From Chrysomallon squamiferum (taxonomy: Eukaryota > Animalia > Mollusca), in contig CM022672.1 of the NCBI GenBank assembly GCA_012295275.1, forward strand, positions 11,656,001 to 11,720,000: 64,000 bases of DNA, written 5' to 3'. Each line of letters opens with the position of its first letter. Position 1 is the stretch's first letter. Made by a program: the position numbers and the translations under genes. Under the pieces are notes generated by a model. The model was given only the letters and a program-made list of their open reading frames with translations. It was not told the DNA's origin and ran no database searches. Positions 46,865-60,209 of the stretch are shown one piece after another.

Positions 46865-47386
46865 TTACCTTTTGATGTTTCTTTTGTGGGATATTTTCCG
46901 AATTAAGGGAAATATACAATAGCTTCGCTTCATCTTGATATAACGAATATTTTCCAATTCATATTTAACTGTTTCGTCTGCCCAATATAAAGATCGTTTC
47001 CGGCCTTCGGATTCTTTCAAATTTTGCAAATAACCTGTTCGAAAGTTGTCAAACGACGATGATTTCGGTAATCTAAGACACGACTTTAGACCCGACAAGT
47101 TCTCCTGACGCGAAGCATTTCCCAGATCTATAGTACATCGACGTGCCATGGAGCGGGAAGTCAAAGCCATGTTAATGGCAGACGTGGTTTTGCTCCCACT
47201 AAGTTTTCCTCTGGAATTTTCTGGAAAAACTGTTTGAAAGTTGTCTCTATCAAGTGACATCTTAATTTTTTCTAAAAACGGAGAATCCAGGCGCTTTCTA
47301 TCAATCGTTCCTGATAAGTGGTTGTTGTTTACTGGAGAATATTCAACAATTTCTGTATACACTACAGAATTAATCAGACCGAACAT
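46865..47386 (-). CDS. Intronless 173-aa hypothetical protein with PP1-docking-like motifs
   Basis: ATG-started, non-repetitive ORF with coding-like composition in AT-rich surroundings; LKSCLR and RKRSLYWADE...LENIRYI; TATA-like TATAAAT ~105 bp upstream. Confidence 0.62.
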   Translation of the reverse strand: MFGLINSVVYTEIVEYSPVNNNHLSGTIDRKRLDSPFLEKIKMSLDRDNFQTVFPENSRGKLSGSKTTSAINMALTSRSMARRCTIDLGNASRQENLSGLKSCLRLPKSSSFDNFRTGYLQNLKESEGRKRSLYWADETVKYELENIRYIKMKRSYCIFPLIRKISHKRNIKR

Positions 47387-47535
47387 TTTACTTCTGATTT
47401 ACCTCAGTTAGAAGCCACAACTACTCTGTGTTCCGGAAATACTTATAGAATATCTGCCAACTGAAGTCAATGATCTCTGCATGAAAATATATTTATAAAC
47501 TAACGAATTAGTCTGCAATGTAGATACAGTTTAAT

Positions 47536-47547
47536 TGCGCATGCGCA
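47536..47547. promoter_or_regulatory. Perfect NRF-1 (Ewg/P3A2)-type palindromic site TGCGCATGCGCA
   Basis: Exact match to YGCGCAYGCGCR between the divergent orphan ORF and CHCHD5. Confidence 0.6.
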
Positions 47548-47728
47548 GCTGTTCAGAACAGAGGTACAAGTATTTATTATTATTATTATTAGTCTAAGCG
47601 TGATTATTATTGTTTGTCTTGTGATATTCTTTTGAACGGAAGGTGTTTGCTTTTTAAAATCAATTTACCTGAACACTGAGTTTACACATAACATAAACAT
47701 TTAGCTAGAAAAGAAAAATCGATATTTG

Positions 47729-47775
<47 letters not shown>

Positions 47776-48648
47776 CACAAAATATTCATTTTTGTCTGTT
47801 CATCACTCTCTGCAGTTGTGGAAACCGTGACAAAGATACTAGCCTACATCATACAGATAAAAACAACCGCATGTTAACGTGTGACTTTGATAATAGAAAT
47901 TGTTTTTGACACATGGATAGTAAATATTATTTATTCATCAAATAAAATTAAAATGAAAAACCTTTGCTACGTTCTTGTCAGGGATAGAAGTAACTGGTGC
48001 AAAATGACGTTGGCACGGATTGGAATGTAAATTGACGTAAACTCGGTCAGTGAGTTTATGAACATGTGTATGTATATGCAATGTACTGACTAGCTCTATT
48101 GGTAGATCTACTGCATGTAAAGTATGTTCAAGAAATCAAGTAGTAAAAAATAACTTTAGTAAATTGGTTCGTGTGCATTAATATAAGACTGTGTCAATGT
48201 AACGGTCCTATCTTTGTCCTTTTTTAATTACTTCGCAGTAGTCGTCACGATCATAATCATGATCATGATGATGGTCGTTAGACATTACATTAGTCAGGTA
48301 GATTAACGTAGACAGACTCTGCCCAGCCACAGCCGTTATTTTTCTTTAATATAGTTTATATATAGTAGTCACATGTCACAAATGTATGAATTCAAACCTC
48401 GTTTTTTTTTTTCTTTTTTTTTTTTTATCAACTACATATAAATTATAATTGTGCAGTTTGTATTAATCAGCTATTGTAATAAAAATGTAATTGTGAAACA
48501 AAGGTTTGTTGCACAAACTGTAAGGTAGTGCATGTTCGCTACATATGCTAAGGCCATATTTCTGTTTATGGTAGTTTATGTCAGGATTAGGACTATATAA
48601 TTATATCATTAATAATGCTGATATTTTCTGTGGTATATTTTTAGGAAT

Positions 48649-48813
48649 ATGCAGGTAGAGTTGGTACAGAAGGAATGTGGGAGATATTTTGAAAGCTATA
48701 CTGCCTGTGTGAACAATTTTCCAAACACTTGGCATTTAGACTGTGAAAAGCAAAAATATAAATTAGCTAAATGTGCTCAAACAAAGTGAGTTGATTTGTT
48801 TTTTGTAGTGTGT

Positions 48814-48881
<68 letters not shown>

Positions 48882-50336
48882 AAAACCACATACATATACT
48901 TAATATTTGAATATGAATTGATTTCACTTAATCAACATTTTTTTATTGTTATCTCATAAAGTTTATTTGAGGGACATTCGTGCAACAGTTAAGTAGGAAA
49001 AATACCTGCAATTGTAGTACAACTTTTTTTTTTTTAAATTTGCAAATACGTCCTTTTGAGGTATCCAACAAGATATTTTAATTTAGTTCTCTTTTTTCTT
49101 AAATAGAATGTGATGATGAATGCACGATTCCACTAGATGCCTGTTGGTGTTGTTATTGCTGATGGCAACATCAGTGTTGTGTGTTTGAGATGATCCAGAC
49201 ACACACACACACAGACACACACACAAACATATGGAGAGAGACATGCACATTTTAGTTTCAACAAAAGATTAAGAGTAACAAAAAAATAATAATTCAAGTT
49301 TCATTCTAAAAATCAAATTTATTTTCTTGCAGCCCTATCATCAACAAGATAAGAACAGAATGTGCCGAGAGTTTTGAGAAATACGAAAACTGTGTTAATC
49401 AGAATCCTTCAAATTTTGAGATGTGTTCCAAAGAGTTTGCAGTTTTTAATAAATGTGCCCACCAGTGTGAAACAGGTCAGTGTATATCACCAGGATATGT
49501 CATTGATTTACATATATATAACTAAAACTACTCATTAATATCTTCTTTTCAACATTAATCTTTGGTGATATAAATAAATAACATAAAACTATCTTATATG
49601 TATATATATACAAGTCATTATTTTAATTTTATCTTGTGACCAGACTAAGATTTGCTTGGAGATAGATGTTTTTCTTCTTTTTTTTTTGTGATGTGATATT
49701 GTAATGTGGAAATGTCATTGAAAGTCTGTGTATACTCAGTTTGTTAGGTTTTTTAAAAATATTTCTGAAATTTAAAAAAAAAAAGCAAAAAAAATAAAGC
49801 TATTATTTTGGTAAAAGAAGAAAAGATTGTTATTTTCTGTTTATTTTAGGACATTATTTTGTATTCTGACTTTAATTTTAAATATGCACATTATAGTACT
49901 TCATATTTATTAAATAGCAACACAAAACAAAAAAACAACAAAAAAAAGAAACAGAATAGTAACTTTAAAAAACTACAACAAAAATTAAAATATACACTGG
50001 TGTATTTTTAATTTATTTTTGCACAATCCGAACAAAGACATTTCACCATTCTGCTTATAAAAGCAGACATTTCATTATAACTTTCTTATAATTATTTTGT
50101 AAAAGATGTATCTTCAGTTATATATGACAACTTTTTAATATATTTAACATACAAAGTTTTGCTTTTCACATTATATTTGTACTTCAAATAAAAATCTTTT
50201 GTGATGTTATTAAATAGTAAACATGAACATATAAGAGGTATATATATTATTTATAGGTTTTTATTTTTTTTATATGTTGCTTCAGTTTCTTTTTAATGTT
50301 TGTACTGAATTATTTTCCAAATTTTCAGAACAGTGA
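48649..50336 (+). CDS. CHCHD5: Coiled-coil-helix-coiled-coil-helix domain protein 5 (two twin-CX9C hairpins, mitochondrial intermembrane space)
   Basis: Exons 48645/48649-48785, 49333-49475 and a short last exon (50329-50336; alternatives exist). Protein MQVELVQKECGRYFESYTACVNNFPNTWHLDCEKQKYKLAKCAQTNPIINKIRTECAESFEKYENCVNQNPSNFEMCSKEFAVFNKCAHQCETEQ has four CX9C motifs. The start may instead be split AT|G from an upstream exon. Confidence 0.88.
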
Positions 50337-52369
50337 AAGACAGTAGTTACAACTGAAAAACATAAGAATATCTCCCAACATATCTGACAGAAAAAAGGAA
50401 CAGTAAATAATTTTATTTAACTTACAAAATTTATTCTTTAATTATAGTCTTCCATGATTTTCATTATACTTGATATCTATGTTACATTAAACCTTTCCTT
50501 TCCAAAATCCAAAACCATAAAAGATGAAACCATCTTTAAATTTTTTTTTTTTTTTTTTTTTTTAAGTAGCCATTATGTAGATAGGTTATCTGCTTGTTAG
50601 GCTTACATTATAAAAGCCTTTTTTCATTCACTTAATTATTAAGAATATATTAAAAAATATATTTTCAAACTGTATGAGTAAGCTCTTTAGTCTTATCCTC
50701 AGGTTATCCTGTAGAGCAGATTTTAGCCACCACATGCTCCCAGCAAGTATTTCAGACAAAGCATTTTCAATCCATAGATGCTTATGCTGTAGTGATAGTA
50801 CAGAAAACTAACTTGAATATTTTATTCATTTTCACGTAATTATTTTTGAGAAACAAAACTTGATTTTAAAAACAATATATTAAATTATATTTCTATTTTT
50901 TAATTTTTTCCTATTTTGTGATGTTATCTCATTATCAGAGAAGCTGATGTTTGTTATTAATATTACATTAGGTTTTTTTATTTATATTCTAATATGGAGA
51001 AAGAAAACAAAAGTTCACATCACTGTATCTCTGTATGTTTGAGTGTATGTGTCCATCTGTCCACCTGTCTATCTCTGCATATTAAATTTGCATTTGTTAT
51101 ATTTCAGATGGCTTGCAACAAACCACAGAATCAACGAGGAGGATGTAAATTATCATTTATAATTATTTTTATGTTTAATAGACTTTTAAAAAGAAAAAAA
51201 AAAGAAGAAGAATGGAACAAGATCTGATGTGATTTCAAGATTTTATCTACAATTGAATATTTCCGGCAGTTTATAACTTACCTGAGATTGGAGTGGTCGT
51301 TTTGGTTATTTATTTATATTTTTAGTTTTATTTTTGTATCTGAAATGGGAAGAAAACAAATCTGCCCAGTAAAGGCATTTTTATTTCCTTTAAATGCTAT
51401 TGTTATTTTTTCTAAATTTATTTTTTTGTATATTGTTATTGTAAATTATTTTATTAACTTAATTATTATGTTTAAGAATTCTTTGAAATTTAATCACAGA
51501 TGGGTGAATCATATCATGTATAATGTTGTTGAAAAAAATGCTGTTTTACAAAAAATATTCTTAGGTAATGTTTGTGAGAGTGTGTGTGTGTATACATACA
51601 TCAGCTGATCTGGATAATCAGTATTTATAATGTTAACAAGTATTACAGAAAAATCACATTATATTCATTGATATTAAAGGTACTTCTCTTTCAGAGAAAT
51701 AATCATTTTTGATGTTCTTCTTGTTATTAATATTGTAGTATTTGAAAATATTTTATCTGTTCATTATTCATTTCCATTATCCAACAAGATTTTGATTTTT
51801 TTTTTCATTTTTCATTTTTTTTTAACAAATCTATATTATCATTAGTTTTAAACTATGAACCACAAATTCTACCATCATATTTCATTATCATCCAGACAGC
51901 TGAGATCAAGTGTATTCTGTTGTTACCAGAAAATCTGGGTTTTGGGGTGTTTTTTTTTACCCTTAGGGCACTTGATCCTGCTTAATTGCTTCTCAGTTTC
52001 ACTGCTAGCTGGGAAAGTTATTATGACCAAATCCTTTATTCATTCTGCATGGTCATATATAACGGAGAACATGCAGTTGTTAATAATTAACAGCTAGAGT
52101 AAAACCATGTATTTGTTTCTTCTCCTACTATAAACAAAATAAATCATAACATTGCCTAGAATGCCTCTTAAAAAAAGTTGCACAGACGCTCTTTAAATGG
52201 AGTATCAGTTACATCAAAAGACGGAATTGACCCAAAAATGAAGCTTGCTATCTATTTATCTACATATATATATATATAATAATAACAATGATAAGAAAAA
52301 GTAAGAAAAATAACAATGATGTAAAAAGGAACAAACAACACAAATGCATTTATCACTTTAATAGACGAT

Positions 52370-52401
52370 GCGCTTTTATTTACAAGTAATGAATAAAGCG
52401 C
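52370..52401. terminator. Candidate polyadenylation site: hairpin with AATAAA on both strands
   Basis: GCGCTTTTATTTACAAGTAATGAATAAAGCGC; minus-strand hexamer 52380-52375 is followed by GU/U-rich TTTGTGTTGTTTGTTCCTTTTT. Confidence 0.45.
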
Positions 52402-53264
52402 GTTAGTTCTTACAGTTTAGCAAATAAACATACAAAAAAATTACATCTGTTGCACCATTATCATCTTTTTGTTTTTTTTTTGTCATTTTTTTAAATACAG
52501 TTCAACTCAAGAAATGTTAATTAAAAAACAAAATTTAAAAAAATAAGCAGCTTAAAAATTTTTTTAAAAATAAAACATGCAGAATAATGGTTTACAAATA
52601 AAATTATGAAGATAAATAATTTAAAAAAAAAAAATTACACTTCAACATTTTAGCTATACATACAAGTACTAAAATAAAAAGTGATCAAAAAGCTTTCTTC
52701 ACCATGATGAAAATTCTTTTCAATGCTAATTAAATCAAGCTTAGTAATAACAGATATAAATTGTAACCATAGTAACAGAACTATTTAGAGAGTGTTTCTT
52801 TTGTGTTTTGTGATTCAACATTGGGGAAATAAAATGTTGACAACAAGTATTTCAACTAATACTGATTACGAATATTCAACATAAAAACAAGACTGTAATC
52901 TATTAAAGAGAATTGGCCAGCATTATTTTGGCATCAAACTTAAATGAAAACTCCCTTTAAAACAATTTATTATACTCACTCTTTTACAAGTTACCTATAA
53001 TCAATAAATCTGCTGTCGAAAACTCAGACAGGAGCCTCTGTAGCTGTACAGTGTAAATTGCTGATGGGTCTAATTAATAAATTATGTTATTAAAACTCTT
53101 AATTTTTAATTGTTTTTTATTGTAATGTTCAGTGACTGGTATTATTACAGATGTATGTATAAAAGAAATGTTTTGTAACTTCAGTGCCAAAAATTAAGTA
53201 TCCAGACAAAGTGAAAATAAAAACTACAAATTCAGATTTTATATTTCAGCTTTAGTTACGAAAC

Positions 53265-53298
<34 letters not shown>

Positions 53299-55383
53299 GA
53301 ATAAAAGTTAAAAATACCCTTATATTTGTTTTTCTTCTAAATTCAAGAACTATATCAACTTTTACAAATGGCAATCTGTAATACAAGCTTCCTTTTTATC
53401 TTGTTACGTTCAAATCTCAAATTAAGACTGTAGGAGAAAATCTTATAAACACATGCATGGCCACATCTCTTTAACGATTTTTAAATAATAGTAATAATGA
53501 TAATAATAACCAATTACAACAGGGGTATTTATATTTGGTAAGTACATTCTGCAGTTTGCACTTGACACAACTTATAGTCAACATGAATTAATTTTTTTTT
53601 TTTTTTGTATTTTTTTTTTAGTAATAATAATAATATAGGTACAGGAAGTGAAGTGATGGGACAGTAACAAAGTGCAAAAATACAACCAAGTTATAATTTG
53701 TTTTTTGTTTGTTTTATCAGCTAAATCACTAACATCATCTTACTACAACTGGTCTATACATAAAACTATACAAGAAAAATTCACTGTGAGCAGCAATGTG
53801 TAGGGAAATTGTGAGCATTTTAATAACTGTTCCAAGTCGTTGTGGTTTCATGCACATTATAAAGTTCCCTGAAACAAGGACGTCATCTCACAGCTTCTAA
53901 GTACAAAAACAGTATTAAAGCATAACCAAGGGACTGTATTAGACTAGTAGAGTCGATAGTTATCTCCCTTTAGCACTAGGTCATGTGACATTTGTTTAAT
54001 GTTCTTTTTTTTTTAAATAAAAATTATGATTATATTTTTAATATATTTTCTGAAAATTATAATATCAGTTACTTTCAGATTTTTAAAGATTTGTTATTTA
54101 TAGTTTGGATTTAAAAAATAAAATAAATAACATGAAAAATTCTTAAAAAACATTTTCAATATGCAATCACAAAAGTATTATGTAAATTGTCTGATAGTCC
54201 TTTTGTGATAAAAATTTACAAGCCAAAATGTCCAGATATTAATATGGAATTCAAATGACATCATTCCTGCAAAAAAGTAATGTAACAAAGTTTGATGATA
54301 ACAATCAATGGCGTTCAAAATCACAGGTTACTATGTAACTATAAGTGTGGAACAAACGACAAAATGAAATTTCAGTTTGGCTTGTGGGAAATATTTTGTT
54401 AGTTTAACAAAAGTCATGGTGAAGTGATAAACATTTCTGTGACTGAAAGTAAAAACAGAACTGCCCTTTGTTCATTTATTTTTTATATCAAATTTTAATA
54501 TTAAAATTTTATTAGTTAGCCATTTATTTTCTCTGTTTTTAATCATCATGGTATTAATTTATTTAATAAATTGATAATAATTATTTTTAGAATGTAACAT
54601 GACCTGGCCATTTGGAATAAATACCATTAAAAAATTATTTTGTTTATAAACATTTTACAATACCAAGACAAAATATCAATGCTAAAATAGTTGTCAACAT
54701 TTCTTTTATAAAAAAAGCAGTTGTTAATATGGATTTAAAAATAAATCTGTTTTTTATAGTTCATCATTTGTGATGGAAAATCAAAAATGATTTTTTTTTT
54801 TTAAATTTTTACACTATTATAAATTTCTTAACCAATGTGTGATAAAAATATTAGTGATATTTCTTTTTTTTTTGAAAGTCTATATTTAGATTCAAATGTA
54901 AATGCAGAAACACTGAATACTATTATTAACTTTCTGGTAAAATCTTCAAAACATGAAAATAATTATGTGTCAGATATTTATTTTCACACAGTGCACTGTA
55001 CTCAAAAACACAGAAATACAAAGACATTTTAAAACATTATTTACAGACTTCCTGAAAGAACAAATTTAAAAAAAAAAAAAAAAATGAAAAAAAAATATTT
55101 TAACCATGTACATTTTGTAACTATCCATATACAAAAATATATGGCATGCTCATTATTTCAGATATTAATCTAGATGAAGAACCAGTGATTTGCCTTACAG
55201 CTCTTCTGTCATAAAGCATCACAGAAATTTAATATAAATAATTTTTAAAGATTTCAAAAGTTCTTGCAATTGTTGTTTCTCTCAAATTCTTGCATTAGCT
55301 CTGGAGATATTTTAATGTTTATATAAAAATACTTTAAATTTTAATAAATAAATAAAATAAAGTACATAATAAATAATGATATA

Positions 55384-55415
<32 letters not shown>

Positions 55416-58031
55416 TAAGTGATGCTGATGACAGAAGAACAGCAAAGGAACCATCTGGCATGAAAGATTTAAAATATCACAACCAATGAATTTATTATTT
55501 ACCTCACAAACAGCTAATAATAAACCATCATACACTGCATGTGTAAAAAACCTCACATTAAGATGACATCAAGTGATCACCATCTCTCCAAGATGACATG
55601 TTTTCAACAGAAAAAAATAAAATTCAAGCTTTTACATAGTTAATGAGTCAATAGTAATAACATTCATGAAATTCTGGTATTAAAATCATTTTGTTAACAA
55701 ATTTTAATTAATATTCATGAAATAAAAGTGGCTTTTAAGTAAAAAATTCAATGAGATAATGCTAAAGTTATTTAAAAATGTATTCACACTTAATAATGGA
55801 ATGAACTAAAACTCAACCATTTGTTCAAAAAAATAAAATAAAATAAAATAAGAAGTCCAATCAAAATGCTGGTAATTTTCTGCAAACACATCTAAACAAA
55901 GCAATAATCTATTCTTTATTAATTTCTTCAATTTGTTCTTAAGACAACTATTTCAGTTTCCAAAGCATTTCTGATCCATAAGACTGGTTGAGAGTTAGCT
56001 TAGCCATTAATTTCTGCAGTGAGGGAAAAAGGAACTTGTGCATGTTCTTTTTGTCTCATAGCATTGTCAATAGAGTTATCTACCCAGTACTGCAGTAAAA
56101 AGGAACCGTAACTAGCACAAACAAGCAAACTGTTAAAACCAACAACATAATTCATTATAGGACGACCAACCTACCTGATGCTAAACAAAAAAACAAAACA
56201 AAAATCTTATATTAAATAAAACATTATTTAAAAAAAAAAAAATTGGTATATTAAATAATATATATTAAATAAAATAATAATTGATAACGGAAATATTTAC
56301 TATTTTAAATAAAATCACTTAAAAAAACAACAACATCAGTATATTAAATGAAATATAATTGTTAAACTTTCACCAAATTTAATTAAATTTAAAAACCATT
56401 AACTAAAAACAACAAAGACTTTCCAAATTTCTTTTTTAAAATCAAGAACAAAATGTATTCTGTAATCAAATGTAAAGAAAAACTATAAAAACACAAGTAA
56501 ACTATATTCTAAAAAACTGAAGTTAAAAGAAATCTTTTGTATTTTGTATCTGAATTTAACCTTAAAAAAGAAAAAAAAGAAAAAAAAAAAAAAAAAAAAA
56601 AAAGAAAACCGTTATATGTTGGTCATCCAGTTACCAGTATGAAAATCACATCAAATACAGTCACTTTAAACTGGAATGTGATCAAATTAAAACAAAACTC
56701 CATTTTGTGTGATTCTGGATCCTGTTACTACTGTGTATGTCTACAGATGACTTGCTATAGAAAAAAAAAAAAAAACAGAAGAAAGAAAATAAGAGAAAAT
56801 AAAGAAAAACAACAAGCCTACTTTGGCACTTTAAGATAAAATGACAACTACTCTTTCTACTTATCTGAAAATCTAAGAACATTCATTTTTACTATTTATT
56901 TATTTTATTATTATTATTTTTTTTGTACAAAAATAACAAACAATGCTGAATGCATTAAAATTAATAATTGTCACATGCACCTGTAAATATTATGTTCATT
57001 GTCAACATCCAAGCCAGTTTGTGATTGGAAGTTAGATTTTGTTTTTGGATATTTTTATTTTTTCATTACATCTTACAGAATAAAAAAAATAAAAAAAATG
57101 TAAATTATGCAAACAAAAATAAAAATAAATCTAGACTTTTTTTTTACTCATTTGTATCTTATTATTTTTTGTTTCCTTTCTCTTTCTCTTTTTTTTTTGT
57201 CATGTAAAGATACAAAATTTTGAATTTTATTGAAATATATTAAGCTAATCATTTATATTTATGAAAAAAATCCTTTTTAGTCATTTTCTATTATTATTAT
57301 TATTTTGTGTAATGTTTTATAAAGTTTTTTCTCACTCAACCAATATCCCATACATTTTGTATGTCCAGTAATGTGTCACATTTAACTCTTAATACAATTC
57401 AGCAACTGACATGACAGTTACAAAAATATATTCATCCATTACTTACCAACCACAAGATCTAACTGAGAAGAAAAATGTACCCTTTAATCCAGTCTGTATG
57501 TTACACAACAATCATAAACATAAGAATCAATGTTCAGAATTCAACCAAAAGTACACTTATGACAAAAATAGTTAATATTCTCTTTTAACTTTCAGATTAA
57601 ATATTTATTAATGTTATCAGTTTTTGTGTTTTATTCTTCATAAATTATATGAAACTGAGTACCAGTTAAAAAAATTAATTATTACAAAACAGAATATTAA
57701 TTATTAGCCAAAATAACACAAATTATAGTCTGTGTATTTGGTAAGATAGTAATCAGAAATTCTTAAAATGTTTAATATTTTATAAAGGTTTTTTTTTTAT
57801 CACTAAGTTCTGAACAGAAATAGATATATTTTTTTTAAAGCTCCCATAAATACACTATGGGAAAATAAAAATTTCAAAATACAAAAAGAGCATAATTTCT
57901 TTTTTTTTCTTTTTAAAATACTATACAAAAAGAAACACACAAAATTCTTTGGAACATAATTTACAATGGAATTAATACATTACACAAAATATCACGCAAA
58001 TCTTCTGACATAATGTACTTTGAACTTCATA

Positions 58032-58074
<43 letters not shown>

Positions 58075-60209
58075 TATAAAGAATAATAATTATATTAGAA
58101 ATAGTAATTACTAATAAGAATCATCATTACAATAATAATAATAATAATAATAAAAAAATAATAATAATAATAATCATAATACATGTAGTAATGATAATAA
58201 ATGGAAAAAGAAATGAAATCTTTAAAGAGCTCAGACAAAATTATACAGCCATATATACAAAATATAATAGTACAGTCAGCAATGAAGCCTGTTTCAGTTT
58301 GATCTTATTTCCACTGTAAAATCAAACATGAATAATGTTATGTAGATTATGCCAAACTTCTCTTTACAAATGTCATTAAAAAATAACAAGGACATTTAGA
58401 CAAACGATGAAGAGCTATTCAGTTCTGCACCATAAATGTTTATTTTGTCCAAATAAAAAAGAAAATGTTGTATTAAACATCCATCATTTATACATTATAA
58501 AACAAACTCTTCCTACAAATAAATCTAATTTTGTCTACAGTTTCATCAAACTTTTCATACCCGATGTGTTTCACAATCCCAAAAAAAAAACCCAATGAAA
58601 TTAAGGACTATCTGAGACTTACTTTTTCTAAAAATAGTGTTATTCAAATATAAATATATATATTTTTTCAAACATCATCATAAACTCAAAACATTTCCTG
58701 TAATAAATTATTTATTTATTCATTGTTTTCAGAATCTCTTTTTGCTAAAACACACTTTTCAAAATGTTAATTATTAACTAAAATATTATCTTTTCTTTTT
58801 TGTTTGCAAATTATTTTTATTACTTAAAGAGATTTATTATTTTCCAAATATTTTGATTTATAAGTATATGTTTATAAACATGAATAATAGTGACAATATA
58901 AAAATTAATTATTACTATTAAAAAAAACAAAAAATATATTTTCATTAACATGAACAAACTTTAAAAAAAAAATCAAAACAGATTTATCATCTGCTGATTT
59001 CATTATTTTTTGTTTAATTCCTTTTTCTTTTCTTTTTTAAGTGGATACCCAACAATTAAGTAAAAATAAGTAAATTATGCACCTGAATAGTTTTTTAAAA
59101 ACAAATAATAATAATCAAATAGTCATCAACTGTATCATCAACTATGTCTATTCTGAATCCTGTACTCAGTATCTTTGATTTACTTTTCACAGTTCTTAAA
59201 GTTCAGTTTAACACAATTAACAAGCTTTCTTCACATTTTTTAAAATCAATCCTTGGAAAATAAAACAAACAGCCAAAACTATTTCCACCACTTTGTTTTT
59301 GTTTTCTTAAAATATTTTCTTAACCACTTTCATTTATTTTCCAAACTCCATCAATTTTCTGACACCAGAGTTGTAAATTCCACCATTGTAATTAGAAGCA
59401 CCTCAACACTCCTGGAAATAAACCTTCTCTTGAGCATATGACATCACAGATCATGTGACCATCAACCAATGTGTATTAGCAACACAACAGAAATCATAAC
59501 ACAGTTAAATAATGTTATCAGTGATGTCACATCACAACACAACCTTGGCTTTTTCATCAGTCCTTTTAATTAACTAACATAAACAAAACTAATTTCACTT
59601 ATTCTCCATTCTTATTTTTTTCTTTTCCCCCCTCAAAGATACTTTTTTGTGAGGTTTTCTTCCTTTTTTTATTTTATTTTGTAAAAACAAAAATAATTTC
59701 TCTGGATCAGCTCTGGATCAGTATACAAATTTATTAATTAATTATATATGTAAGTCTGTATATATGTAATATATATATATATATATATTTGTTCACATGA
59801 AAAATTATTATTACAGGAACGACCTTTGGTATCACTAAGCAACACATTAAACTTGTACCATGTATTAGCACCCTATAGTCAGGTTATCCTCCCAATTTTG
59901 GAGGTTATCTGCAAGGAAGGGAAGGGGTAATCTCCCTTTCTTCAGAACTCTTCAACTTGAGGAGTTTGACAAGTGCACAACCATGAATATGGCAACATGT
60001 ATACTGACATGTCTCAGAACAGTGATATGTGATTCTTTTTTTTTCTTTCTTTTTTTTTAAATCTTTTCAAATTTGTTTTTTAAGAAACATTTTTGTTTTA
60101 ATTACAATTATTATTATTATTATTTTTTGTTTGTTTGTTTGTCTAAATCTCTTGACTAGCTCTATCTTGCGCAGATTACACTTTCACTTAATATTTAACA
60201 GATCACATA

